From Zootoca vivipara (Eukaryota), in contig NC_083288.1 in the NCBI RefSeq assembly GCF_963506605.1, positions 45,260,001-45,324,000 on the forward strand: a DNA stretch of 64,000 nucleotides, written 5' to 3'. The notes beneath the pieces are model-generated. The model was given only the letters and a program-made list of their open reading frames with translations, searched no databases and had not been told where the DNA came from. Below are positions 23,301-34,700 of the stretch, in pieces. The stretch's first letter is position 1; every line of letters starts with the position of its first letter. The position numbers and the translations under genes are program-made.

Positions 23301-25286
23301 CTTCCACTCCCAACTCCTCTCATATTTTTGTACAGGTACTTCCCTTCTCTGTGTGCAATGAACCCTGCCACGCTGGTCACCAGAAGAAAACAAAGGAAGG
23401 GGAAAAGTTTTGTTGCTATGATTGTGCTCCATGCCCAGAGGGGAAGATATCAAACCAGACTGGTAGGTAAAGCTGTTGCATCCTGATAACGAAATAAAAA
23501 GACTGAGAAGCAGGCAGGGTTTGAGCTGGGGCACTTTTATTTAGTGAACATAACAAGATCAGCAGAGGAGGATAAATTCAAAGGGCAGAATTGTGGCCAT
23601 TGGGTGACAAAAATTGAATCCTTGCCTATCTGGTCAGTTTTTTTGGGAAACCCACTCCCCTTCAATACATAAATCCTGAAACAAAAAAGCCTATAACAGG
23701 CATAATAATTGGAGGAAGCTCAAAGCAAACTAAGGAATAGGAGGAATAAGGGGCGTGACAACCCAGTGATAGCCTATGCTTACTGTGAATTAAGAGGAGC
23801 TATGAAATCCCAGCAAAGGAATCCATTTTCTCTCACAAAATCTCTGGTTGCCTATTGATTTTGAAACCCTGCCTGACCCTGCTTTGCTTTGCAATTTTGC
23901 TAACAGTTTTATTGCTGTTTCTCCAGAGAAAGCAAGAGTCTTCAGGTATCAATCCAGCTACGACTGTGGGAGGGAGAAAAACCAAAAGCCCCAGCAAAGG
24001 AGGGTGATAGGTGTGATATGCTAGAATGTGCTTCTTCAAAAGATAGCAGCTGGCAGGCTGCAAGCGAAAAGGATCAGAGAGAGGCCCTTACACAAATGAA
24101 CAAGTGTTACACGGCTGGGAATCAAACCAAAGATTTGCTCCTCCGAAAAGGCCCTAAAGCAGACCTCCCCATTTCATACAAGTTTTATATACAACAATAT
24201 GTTCACAGCTCGTTGGTGTGCTGTCACTCATGGCCAATGTGCCACAAATATGCCTCCGCAACCAGTCCTGCTGTGGTGGAACAGGCATAATGTACCATTT
24301 GTCAAAATACATGATTCATTCAATGGGCTAAGTCAAATGAATTGCCGCTGGATTTCTGTTTATATTTTTCTTTATTTTTCTCAGATATGGATGCATGTTT
24401 CAATTGCCCAGAAGATCAATATCCAAACAAGAAGAGAAATGGATGCATCCCCAAAGTTATACATTTCTTGTCCTATAAAGAACCTTTAGGGAACACTTTA
24501 GCCTCTCTTAGTGCCTTATGTTCTTTGATTACTGCTTTGGTGTTGGCTATTTTTATCCAGCACAATGATACCCCCATAGTCATAGCCAACAACCGAGGTC
24601 TCACCTACACTCTCCTGGTCTCCCTCCTGCTCTGCTTCCTCTCCTCTTTGCTTTTCCTCGGCCAACCTGGGAAAGTGACCTGCCTTCTCCAACAACCTGC
24701 TTTTGGCATCATCTTCTCAGTTGCTGTTTCTTGTGTGTTGGCAAAGACCATCATTGTTTCTCTAGCATTCATAGCCACAAAGCCAGGATCCAAGATGAAG
24801 AAATGGGTGGGAAAGAGACTGGCTCATTCCATTGTCCTTTCAGCTTCCCTCATTCAAGTTGGTATCTGTACTCTGTGGCTAACAATGTCTCCTCCCTTCC
24901 CTGAGCTAGACATGAATTCAGTAGCTGAAGAAACCATTGTGCAATGTAACGTTGGGTCTGTCACCATGTTCTATTGTGTCTTGGGCTACATGGGCCTCTT
25001 GGCCATTGCCAGTTTCATTGTGGCCTTCCTGGCCCGCAAGTTACCTGACAGTTTTAACGAAGCCCAGTTCATCACCTTCAGTATGTTAGCATTTTGCAGT
25101 GTTTGGATCTCTTTTGTTCCCACCTACCTGAGCACAAGAGGGAAACACATGGTGGCTGTGGAGATCTTCTCCATCTTGGCCTCCAGTGCTGGGTTACTGG
25201 GTTGCATCTTTTTCCCGAAGTGTTACATTATTGTGCTGAGACCTGAACTGAACAGCAGGGATCAATTAATACGAAGAAAGGATTAA
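19843..25286 (+). CDS. Vomeronasal type-2 receptor, gene C (857 aa; in-frame 16-codon deletion in exon 3)
   Basis: Exons 19843-20051, 21009-21300, 21520-22335, 22848-23075, 23336-23462 and 24385-25286, all GT-AG, 2574 nt open. Confidence 0.9.
20333..20389. repeat. (GTATAT)n microsatellite
   Basis: Directly visible. Confidence 0.95.
22446..22580. mobile_element. Short palindromic MITE in intron 3 of gene C (shared with gene A)
   Basis: TTTCCAAACTTGGGTATCCAGCTG...CAGCTGGAGACCCAGGTTTGGAAA. Confidence 0.6.
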
Positions 25287-25979
25287 GTCATCTATCTGCA
25301 CTCATCATACCCCAATGTCTGTTGGAGAAGGCAGTTGGGAGAAAATACATGCACACAACATTAGTTATAGACATTCATTTTAAAGTTATCATTACATTTC
25401 ACTACAATGTTTAAGGTGCATTTCAATTTCCCTGTTTCTATGATTCAATATTGGTATTTAAGGGATATGGAAATAGCTGAATTTCTCAATGTCACACACA
25501 TATTTTTGATTCTGATATAATGGACTCCCCTTTCCACTCAAGCCTTCATTGGACATTTGCAGCTGTTATGGCTTCCTTCATTACTGTATCAGAATTTCCC
25601 ATTTTATCAGTGGGGGGGGGCACCCTATTTGTGTTTTTTTACATGTGCTATTGTTTCTTTCTCTTTCTTTACTCTGTGAGTGAATTGGAGTGGGGATTTT
25701 TACTCTGCCCAGCGGTTTTCCATTTCCCCCCACCATGCTCTTCAACATCTGTGTGGCAGCTTTGGGGAGTGCTGATCTTGGAGTGAAGTCTCATCAATAT
25801 CCTGACGGAGCTAATACTTCTTCTCCCTGACCTAAGAATTAGCTGCTTGATTGGTGTCTGGAGTCATTAATGGGCAAATTAGGGTCTGACAATCAAACTA
25901 AACCTAGAGGTGTGTGGAATTTTGGCTCTTGGATCTGGGAAACAGGAAGGTGACCTCTTGACAGTAAAGGTGCATCATC

Positions 25980-27050
25980 AATGCTACCATTCAGTAGATT
26001 TGTAACTGGCTGGCTGACCAAACCCAAAGGTTGCTCATCAATGGCTCCTCTTCACCCTGGAGAGAAGTGACTAGTGGGGTGCTACAGGGTTCTGTCTTGG
26101 GCCCAGTCTTATTCAACATCTTTATAAACGACTTGGATGATGGGCTTGAGGGCATCCTGATTAAGTATGCAGATGACACCAAATTGGGATGGGTGGCTAA
26201 TACCCCAGAGGACAGGATCACACTTCAAAATGACCTTAACAGATTAGAGAACTGGGCCAAAGGAAACAAGATGAATTTTAACAGGGAGAAATGTAAAGTA
26301 CACTTGGGCAAAAAATAATAATGAAAGGCACAAATACAGGATGGGTGACACCTGGCTTGAGAGCAGTACATGTGAAAAGGATCTAGGAGTCTTGGTAGAA
26401 CACAAACTTGACATAAGTCAACAGTGTGATATAGCAGCTAAAAAAGCCAATGCAATTCTGGGCTGTATCAATAGGAGTATAGCATCTAGATCAAGGGAAG
26501 TAATAGCACCACTGTATTCCACTCTGGTCAGACCTCACCTGGAGTACTATGTCCACTTCTGAGCACCACAGTTCATGAAGGATACTGACAAGCTGGAACA
26601 TGTCCAGAGGAGGGCAACCAAAATGGTCAAAGGCCTGGAAACGATGCCTTATGAGGAACGGCTTAGGAAGCTGGGTATGTTTAGTCTGGAGAACAGAAGG
26701 TTAAGGGGTTATATGATAGCCATGTTGAAATATATTAAAGGATGCCATATAGAGGAGGGAGAAAGGTTGTTTTCTGCTGCTCCAGAGAAGCGGACATGGA
26801 GCAATGGATTCAAACTACAAGAAAGAATATTCCACCTAAACATTAGGAAGAACTTCCTGAAAGTAAGTGCTGTTCGACAGTAGAATTTGTTGTGAAGAAG
26901 TGTGGAGGAGTCTCCTTCTTTGGAGGTCTTTAAGCAGAGACTTGACAGCCATCTGTCAAGAATGCTTTGATGGTGTTTCCTGCTTGGTAGGGGGTTGGAC
27001 TGGGTGGTCCTTGTGGTCTCTTCGAACCCTATAATTCTATGATTCTATGA
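25980..27050 (+). mobile_element. CR1 LINE, 5'-truncated
   Basis: RT motifs SGVLQGSVLGPVLFNIFINDL, YADDTKL and LYSTLVRPHLEY, with a (TTCTATGA)n tail. The empty site is visible in the paralogous sequence at about 13030. Confidence 0.92.
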
Positions 27051-27527
27051 TCTGGTGCAGATATTCTGGACTGTGATTTGAAACCTCTTGCCATCTTTGG
27101 AGGCTGCCTTTTTCTATGAAACTCATCCTGTACCCACTTACTTGGGGATAATCAATAACACAAGGAAACATGCTTCTTAGTAGACATGTATACCATTGCC
27201 CTGGGAGTTAACAGTCTCAGGTCTTAAGCTGCTACAGAGCAGGAGACCTGCCTAAATAACATTGCATTCACATTTTCCTTGTGTTATTGATTACCCACTT
27301 ACTAGGGGGTAATCAATAACACAAGGAAACATGCTTGTTAATAATAACAAGGAAGGAAGGTTAATAATAACCATAGGAAGATTACCACCCATGCTGATTG
27401 TGTGGCAGTCCTTGCAAGAACATTCTTCTGCAGGGTTGAAGTTGGATGAACCAACCTTAGAAAAGTGCATCTTGGTTACCAGGGAGGAATGAAGGGCAAA
27501 TTATGGAAATATTCAGAATTCCTAGAG

Positions 27528-27916
27528 TGTAATGGTGTTGTTTCCCCTTCGCAGTAACACCCGGCACAATCAGCGTAGTATTTACAATCTTTATTACGTA
27601 TATACAAGAAACTGCTACAGTTCAGAATTACGCGTCTGAACCCAGTGAGTCAGATTTGGAGAGTGGCATTTTACGATTCCCACTCCAGCAAAGTAGGCGT
27701 GGGAATCGCATGAGATGTCTTTGATCCTTACGTTTCATTTCCTTCCTTGTCTGTGCTGATTTGAAAACCCTCTCACTCCCTGAATCTGAGCTTCCTTCCC
27801 GGGCATCTGGGTGGATACAGGGCTCTTCAGCATCCCTGAGCCCCTGCTCTCCCTGACTGCTCTCTACCCCCTGTTCTGCCTCTTCTGTCCACTGTTCCTC
27901 TGAATCCTCCCTGACA
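27528..27916 (-). mobile_element. Solo LTR (389 bp) upstream of gene D, paralogue of 12254-12642
   Basis: Reverse complement of the first copy, same length, TG...CA ends, flanks TAGAG/TAAAG. Confidence 0.65.
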
Positions 27917-28539
27917 TAAAGAACAAGATGGAATCAAGGAAGTCCACTGAAAGGTAGTCAGGAAGCAAAAACTCTAAAGGACTTCACAGATTCCCTCTGT
28001 CTGGTGCTGAAACAACTCGCGTATCATTCACAGCCCTGACTTCATTTGTTGGCTGAAAACACTGACAGAAGCAACCAAGGATGCTCATATCTTTAAAAAA
28101 CAACAAAACAAAACAAAGCAAAAAACAAAACAGGGAAGTGTAACTGAACATGTCATCTCTTTCTTTCTGGGAGATATTGAGGATTACTTTTTTTAAATGA
28201 AAGTTCAGAGTCTGGGGCCCTTGTCTGGGGTTCACTCAACATAGAACTGTTGCACTCAAATTCCCCAGTCGCATTTCTGAAGGGACCAGGTCCAATTATA
28301 ATTTAGAAAGTTTTGAGAAAAAGTGCCACTCAAAGTCCAGGATCTAATAAAGTAATTATCTCCCTCTGCAATTATCCAGATCACAATCATTTGTTCAGCT
28401 AGACAGAGCTCTCAAGAGTTTCCTAAGGACATCTGGAAACAGTCAACAACCCAGCATAGTAAGAGCATTAAATATGCTCCTGTGCCAGTGAGATGTAGGA
28501 GTGTTGGGCATAGAGAGAGGGGGAGGTCATTACTGTCAA

Positions 28540-28586
<47 letters not shown>
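28540..28586. repeat. (ATT)n microsatellite in the gene D upstream region
   Basis: Directly visible. Expanded from a short TTATTAT in the paralogues. Confidence 0.9.
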
Positions 28587-28663
28587 GTTTTAATAATTTA
28601 AGTTCATATTCAAAGCATTTGTATGCCTGCTGGTGCTAAAAAGAAGGCTAAGTGCATCCTCCA

Positions 28664-28711
28664 GATGGGCGGGGTATAAATAAATAATTAATTATAATTA
28701 TTATTATTATT
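28664..28711 (+). mobile_element. Tiny L2 3'-tail insertion just upstream of the gene D ATG
   Basis: GATGGGCGGGGTATAAATAAATAA+(TAT)n, the same terminus as the L2 at about 486-548. It replaces sequence present in the paralogues. Confidence 0.65.
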
Positions 28712-28739
28712 ATCTTCCAAGAGATTTTTTGAAGCTACC

Positions 28740-31700
28740 ATGGTGAGCCTCTTGATGCTGCTGGTGCCTCACACAATGTGCGAAGTCAGGACAATGAAGT
28801 GCCCTGCAGCTGATCCAATCCTTGTGCCCCATGAATGGGGCCAAGCAGGGGACCTCTTCATCAGTGGGATTCTTAGTCAGAGTACCTACGTTTTTAATGA
28901 CGCTTCATTCAAGGAGCATCCTTCTCAGGAGCTGTTTGACATTCCACAGTAAGCAAGAATATCCCTCCCACCCTTATTTATTCTATGCCCCCCTGAATCA
29001 GCAAAGAACAATAACAAACAGCTTTGCATGTGAGATTATATCTTCAAATATACTATATTTAGAAATATATTTTTTATTATTTCCTTTATATACTGCCCTA
29101 TACCTGGAGATGTTTCACAGATTAAAATCATCATATAAATCCACAATATATAGAATCAAAATAAAAACAACAACCCAATAACCTGCCCCCCAAAAAAGAA
29201 TCACATTTTAAAAGGACATAGGATGTCAATAAAATCAAGCAAAGGGCTTGTTAAAAATGAACTTTTTTGCCTGGTGCCTAGAGGTGTATAACGGAGCCAT
29301 CAGGCGAACTTCCCCAGGGAGAGCATTCCACAGACACAGAGTTACTGCAGAGAAGGCCCATTCTTGTGTTGCCACACTGGACCTCTTGAGGAGGAGACAC
29401 ACGAAGAAGGGCCTCAGAAGACGATCTCAGGGTCCAGGTAGGTTCATATGGAAAGAGGTGGTCCTTGAGGTATTGCAGTCTTTTATAGGCTTCATAGGTC
29501 AAAATCAGCACTTTGAATTGGGCCCCAAAACAAATTGGTAGCCAGTGCAGTCGGACCCAGATCAGTGTAATAAGCTCAAACCATCTTGTTCTGGTGAGCA
29601 ACCTGACCGCTGAATTCTGAACCAGCTGAAGTTTCCGAACCGTCTTTAGGGGAAGCCCTACATATAACGCATTGCAGTAATCTAACTTTGAGGTTACCAG
29701 AGCATAGACAGCAGTAGTGAGGCTATCCCTGTCCAGAAAGGAGTGTAGCTGGGCCACCAGACAAAGCTGATGGTAGGCACTCAGGGCCACTGAGGCCACC
29801 TGAGCCTTGAGCGACAGCAACGGATCCAGGAGTATCCCCAAACTACGAACCTACTCCTTCAGAGGAAGTGTAACCCCATCAAGAGCAAGTGCTCTCCAAC
29901 CCACCTGGCATAGGGAACCACCCACTAACAGTGCCTCAGTATTATCTGGATTGAGCTGTTTGTTGACTCTTATCCAGTCCATTACTGAGGCAAGACACTG
30001 GTCCAGAACTTCCACTGCCTCACCTGCAGATGTTAAGGAGGAATACAGCTGAATGTTGCCAGCATACTGCTGACAATGTATTTCAAAGCTCCGAACAACC
30101 CCACCTAGCGATTTCATGTAGACATTGAACAACGTGGGGGATAGGATTGAGCGCTGAGAAACCCCACACTGAAGGTTCCACAGGACTGAAAAGCATTCCC
30201 CAAGTAACACCATCTGAGAACGACCATCCAGATAGGAATGGAGCCACCACAAAGTGGCGCCCCCACCCCCCTAGTTCAGACAGTCACTCCAGAAGGATTC
30301 CAGGGTCAATGGTATTGAAAGCTGCTGAGAGGTCAAGAAGAATTAACAGGGACATGTTTTCCTTGCCTCTTTTTCAACAGAGGTCATTATACAGGCTGAC
30401 CAAAGCAGTTTCTGTGCCAAAACCATGTGGATACAGAAAATCAGTTTCTTCCAAAAGCACCTGGGTCTGGTCTGTGACCACTCACACCAGAACCTTGCTC
30501 AGGAAAGAGATATTAGCAATTGGGTGGTAATTAGTTGGGTTTTCTGAATCCAGGGAAGTTTTCTGAAGGAGTAGTTTTACCACTGCCTCCTTCAAACAGG
30601 CAGCGACCACCCCCTCTCATATAGAGGCACTGATGACCTCCCTGGCACAGCCAACTGTTCCCTCCCTGCTGGTTTTTATCAGCCAAGAGGGGCAAGGCTC
30701 TAGAGCACAAGTGGTTGCCCAGAATGATCTGAGCACAATGTTCACATCCTCGAGCCTTACCAACTGAAACTCATCCAACACAACAGGACTAGACTGTGCT
30801 GTGGACACCCCATGAGATGCATCTGCTACAACAAGGTTTTGGTGGATGCAAGCGATTTTATCCCTAAAATGCCTTTGCAAACAAGTCACAGTGAGCTACT
30901 GTTGGTCCTATCACCTATTTTAGGGCATACTGTAAAAGGCTCCTTGCAACCCGCAAGATCTCTGCCAGACGACACAATGATGATGGTCACAAAATCAATG
31001 AACCCCGACACAATGAGACTACACAATGAAACAGTCCAATCCAGGGTCAGTCCTCTTTCTGAAATGCTTTCTGAATATTCTGCATTATACCGAGATTATA
31101 GAATATATTAAATTTGTGAAGGAGAGGCAGCATGGTTGGTGAGGCAGAGCAAGAAAATATTCTGCCGACAGTAGGTTCTTTCCCCCCTGCTTACTGTGAT
31201 TGAGAGCAAGAAAATGATAGAGAGGCATGCATCTGTGCCAGATTGGCACCTCAGTAAGAAACAGGCAACCCTCAAATCCCCTGTTAATCAAATAGAATAA
31301 AATTATAATATGTATATGTATATGTATATGTATATGTTCGAACTGATTTGAAACACAACTGAACAGAGAGCTAAATAAAGCAACATATCAACAAAAGTGT
31401 AGAGGACTCCTGAAACACCTTCAAGACTTGACAATACTTTATTCCATAAGCTTTTGTGGACCCCAATCATGTTCAGCAGATGAGACTTCCTCAGTAGCAT
31501 AGTTTCAGGTTGATAATAGGAATACATATAGATATATAAACACAGAGAGGCATGGTACAGAAGTGCCATCAGAGGGAAAGGAAATGCCAAAAACTGCAGA
31601 CAATTAAATTAACATAAGGATACCAAATTACTCATTGTACTGTGAAATAAGTTTATTCTGCTTGGATGCTTAGAGTTGAAAGTGCAAAGGAGAAAAAGCC

Positions 31701-34700
31701 AGAAATCAGGAAAAGAGCAGGTGTGTCAAAGACACACTGCAAATTGCAAATAACACTGCTCTCCTCTACCATAAAAAATATTTAGGCTGAACATGTTTTA
31801 TGAACAGGAATAGGGCATAAAATGCATTAAAATATCTTCCCTATTGACAGTGTAACCACAAAGTTCTACCAGAACATCCTGGCCTTGGTGTTTGCCATAA
31901 AAGAGATCAATGGCAATCCGAAAATCTTGCCCAATGTCACCCTTGGCTTCCACATCTATGACAGCTACTTTGATGCGAGAATGACCTATCGAACCACTTT
32001 GGACCTTCTCTTCAAATGGCAAAGATTTGTCCCCAACTACAAATGTGACACTCAGAAAAACCTCATGGCTGTGATTGGGGGACTTACTTCTGAAACTTCT
32101 ATCCACATGGCGGATATCTTAAATCTCTACAGGGTTCCCCAGGTAGAATCAGTGCATAGGGGAATATTGGGAAGTTTCTTTTACTATTCTTTTGTTCAGA
32201 AGGAAAAGTGAAATAGTGTGTGAGATAAATAGCTGAGAAATTGCATTATTGAAACAAAAAGATGGCGCCGAGGTAAGACGCTCTTATCGGAGCTCAAAGA
32301 AATCTTTTAACTAAATGCCTTTGTTGCTGGCTCTCCTCCTTCTTTTGGATTTTATTTCCTTTCACTACTTCGTTGTGCTTTTGAACATCTTATCTTATCC
32401 ACCTCGGTGCCGGGACTTAATGAAGTTAATGAAGTTTTAACGAAGGCTCTCAGACATTCCCTCCCGGGCATTAAGGCACTCCCTCCCAGTTTCTCGTTGA
32501 CTCCTCGTGACAAACTTATTCCGAGGATCTTTAAGGACTTCTAATGGGCTTTTAACCCCAAAACCTACAAATTCATAAAACCACAAATTTCTCCCACCAC
32601 CTTTAACTTCGTGGACCCCCAAACATCTCAGTTGTTTTAGCAAACTGAGAAGGGGGGGGGGGATACTTCAAAGGAGTGCTCTAATTGGACCCGGTTTTAA
32701 ACTCCTCGCAGCAGGCCAGCCAGGACTGAATGAGAACTGAATGAGATTGCTACCTAAGAACTTTATCACTTTATCACTCTATTTAGAAGTCTGATCTCAT
32801 TGATTTAAGAAGAATCTAGCAATGAGAAGAGCCAAAAGACTCAGGTGTCCTGATACGGAAACTGACGCAGAGCCCTCTGGTTTCAAACAGAGTAATCTAG
32901 ATAATTACCTGCTACCTCAAAAACAGCACATATCTCCTCCCAAAACCTTCCTCAACCCTTTACATGGAAAGACAGTTGAAGAGATATCCCTAGGAATAAA
33001 TGAGGACAAGGCTACTACTCCCATAATCGAGGCACAAGTACTAATTGATAGAAAGGTGGAGCTGCTGGAGGAATGCTGCCTATTGACTGCTCAAACAGTT
33101 CAAAAAATCTTTGAACAATTACAAAACATCTCCAAGAAGCTGGATAACCCAGATGAAAGGAGGCAACTCACTCCCTTTTTGCCATCCTTAACAAGCCCTG
33201 GAGATAAACAGAACAAATACAAATTTATACCTCTAAACCAGCCAAAAACCAGAGGAAGCCCCCCTCACTCAGTCAACCTGATACTGAGGCCATGTGAGAT
33301 TGTTCTCCACATTTTTCCATATAGAGGGCCCCTACCTTACTGGGAGTCATCCTTCTGGGCCAGACATCATCTAAATCTGCTCCTAGGCCTTGAGGGTGGA
33401 AGCATTGACTTAAAAGCAGTCAAGAGGCTCACTAACGATGGATATTCCAAAAAAGTACTACTAAGATTTGGTAGTCATAGAATTCCAACCAAAATCTTAA
33501 GGGAAAAGGCTCATTTAGCCCAGAAAGGAATTATTCCGCATCGACACTTTGAAGATATATCACTCAGACCATTGATTGCATCTAAAAGACAGAACAAGAT
33601 GAACAAGGCCATTCCACCAGAAGCCGACATCTGCCCTACTCCTGTGGAAGAACCCAGTAGATGGGAGAAACCACAGCCAGCTACCCGGGAAATCACGCAA
33701 GAAAAATCCAAGCTCCCAAACCATGTGACTGTAGCATCAAATAACAGCCTCGCCCTCGACACAATAGACTGGACAGTCCCAGAAGAAGAAGATCTGCTGA
33801 GTAACTTTATCAAGCTACCAGATAAAGAACAAATAAACATACTCAGTAAATTGATGAAACTACAGGCCAGATTGACCGAAATACACCAACAAGGTCAACA
33901 AAATGCAGGAGAAACAATACACAATCAAACTTTACACTTACCAGCCTTCTCCCCAAAATGCATAGTCAAAAAGAGAGCTACTAATGGAACTTTTAAATGT
34001 ATAGATGCAGAGCTTCAAATCCAGCCTCCTTTAGAATATGAAATGGCAAGGAAAAACTCCAGTAACGAGACCACAAATTCCTGGCTGAGATATCAAATAC
34101 TAGCTCCAAACGAAATAGGTACCCCTTATTTAAGTACCACAAAGGACTCTAACATTGTCGAACAAAAGACGACCTCCAACAGACCTGACACACTGAGCTC
34201 AACATCAAATGAGGCCAAAGAAATGGAAGTAGAGACTGAAAACAGTCCTACTGTCCATAACAGTCCGCCAACCACAGAAATTTCTCAGGAACAAGGAACA
34301 GTTAAGGAAGAAAATCAAGAAAGGGAGGAAATTTTAATTTCCCGCACTTTAAAAAAGAATCTAGAAGATCCACCAATATGTTCCCCACCGAAAGCAGCGA
34401 CAAATGGCTGTATCTGCACAAGACAAAATCTCTCGCTGGACTCAATAACAGAACTAGAATGACTAAATGCCGTCAACCAGCCACCAACTCAAAAACGGAT
34501 CCTACGCTTGCTGTCCTGGAATATTGCAGGGTGGGGAAACAAAGACGGAGACCCAGACCTAATGAACTTCTTTAAAGATTTTGAATTAATACTTCTACAA
34601 GAAACATGGTCAACTAGAGATATTAAAATCAATGGATTCACCTCCTATACGAAACCCGCATTGAAAACAAACACGAAGGGCCGGCCGAAAGCAGGGTTCT

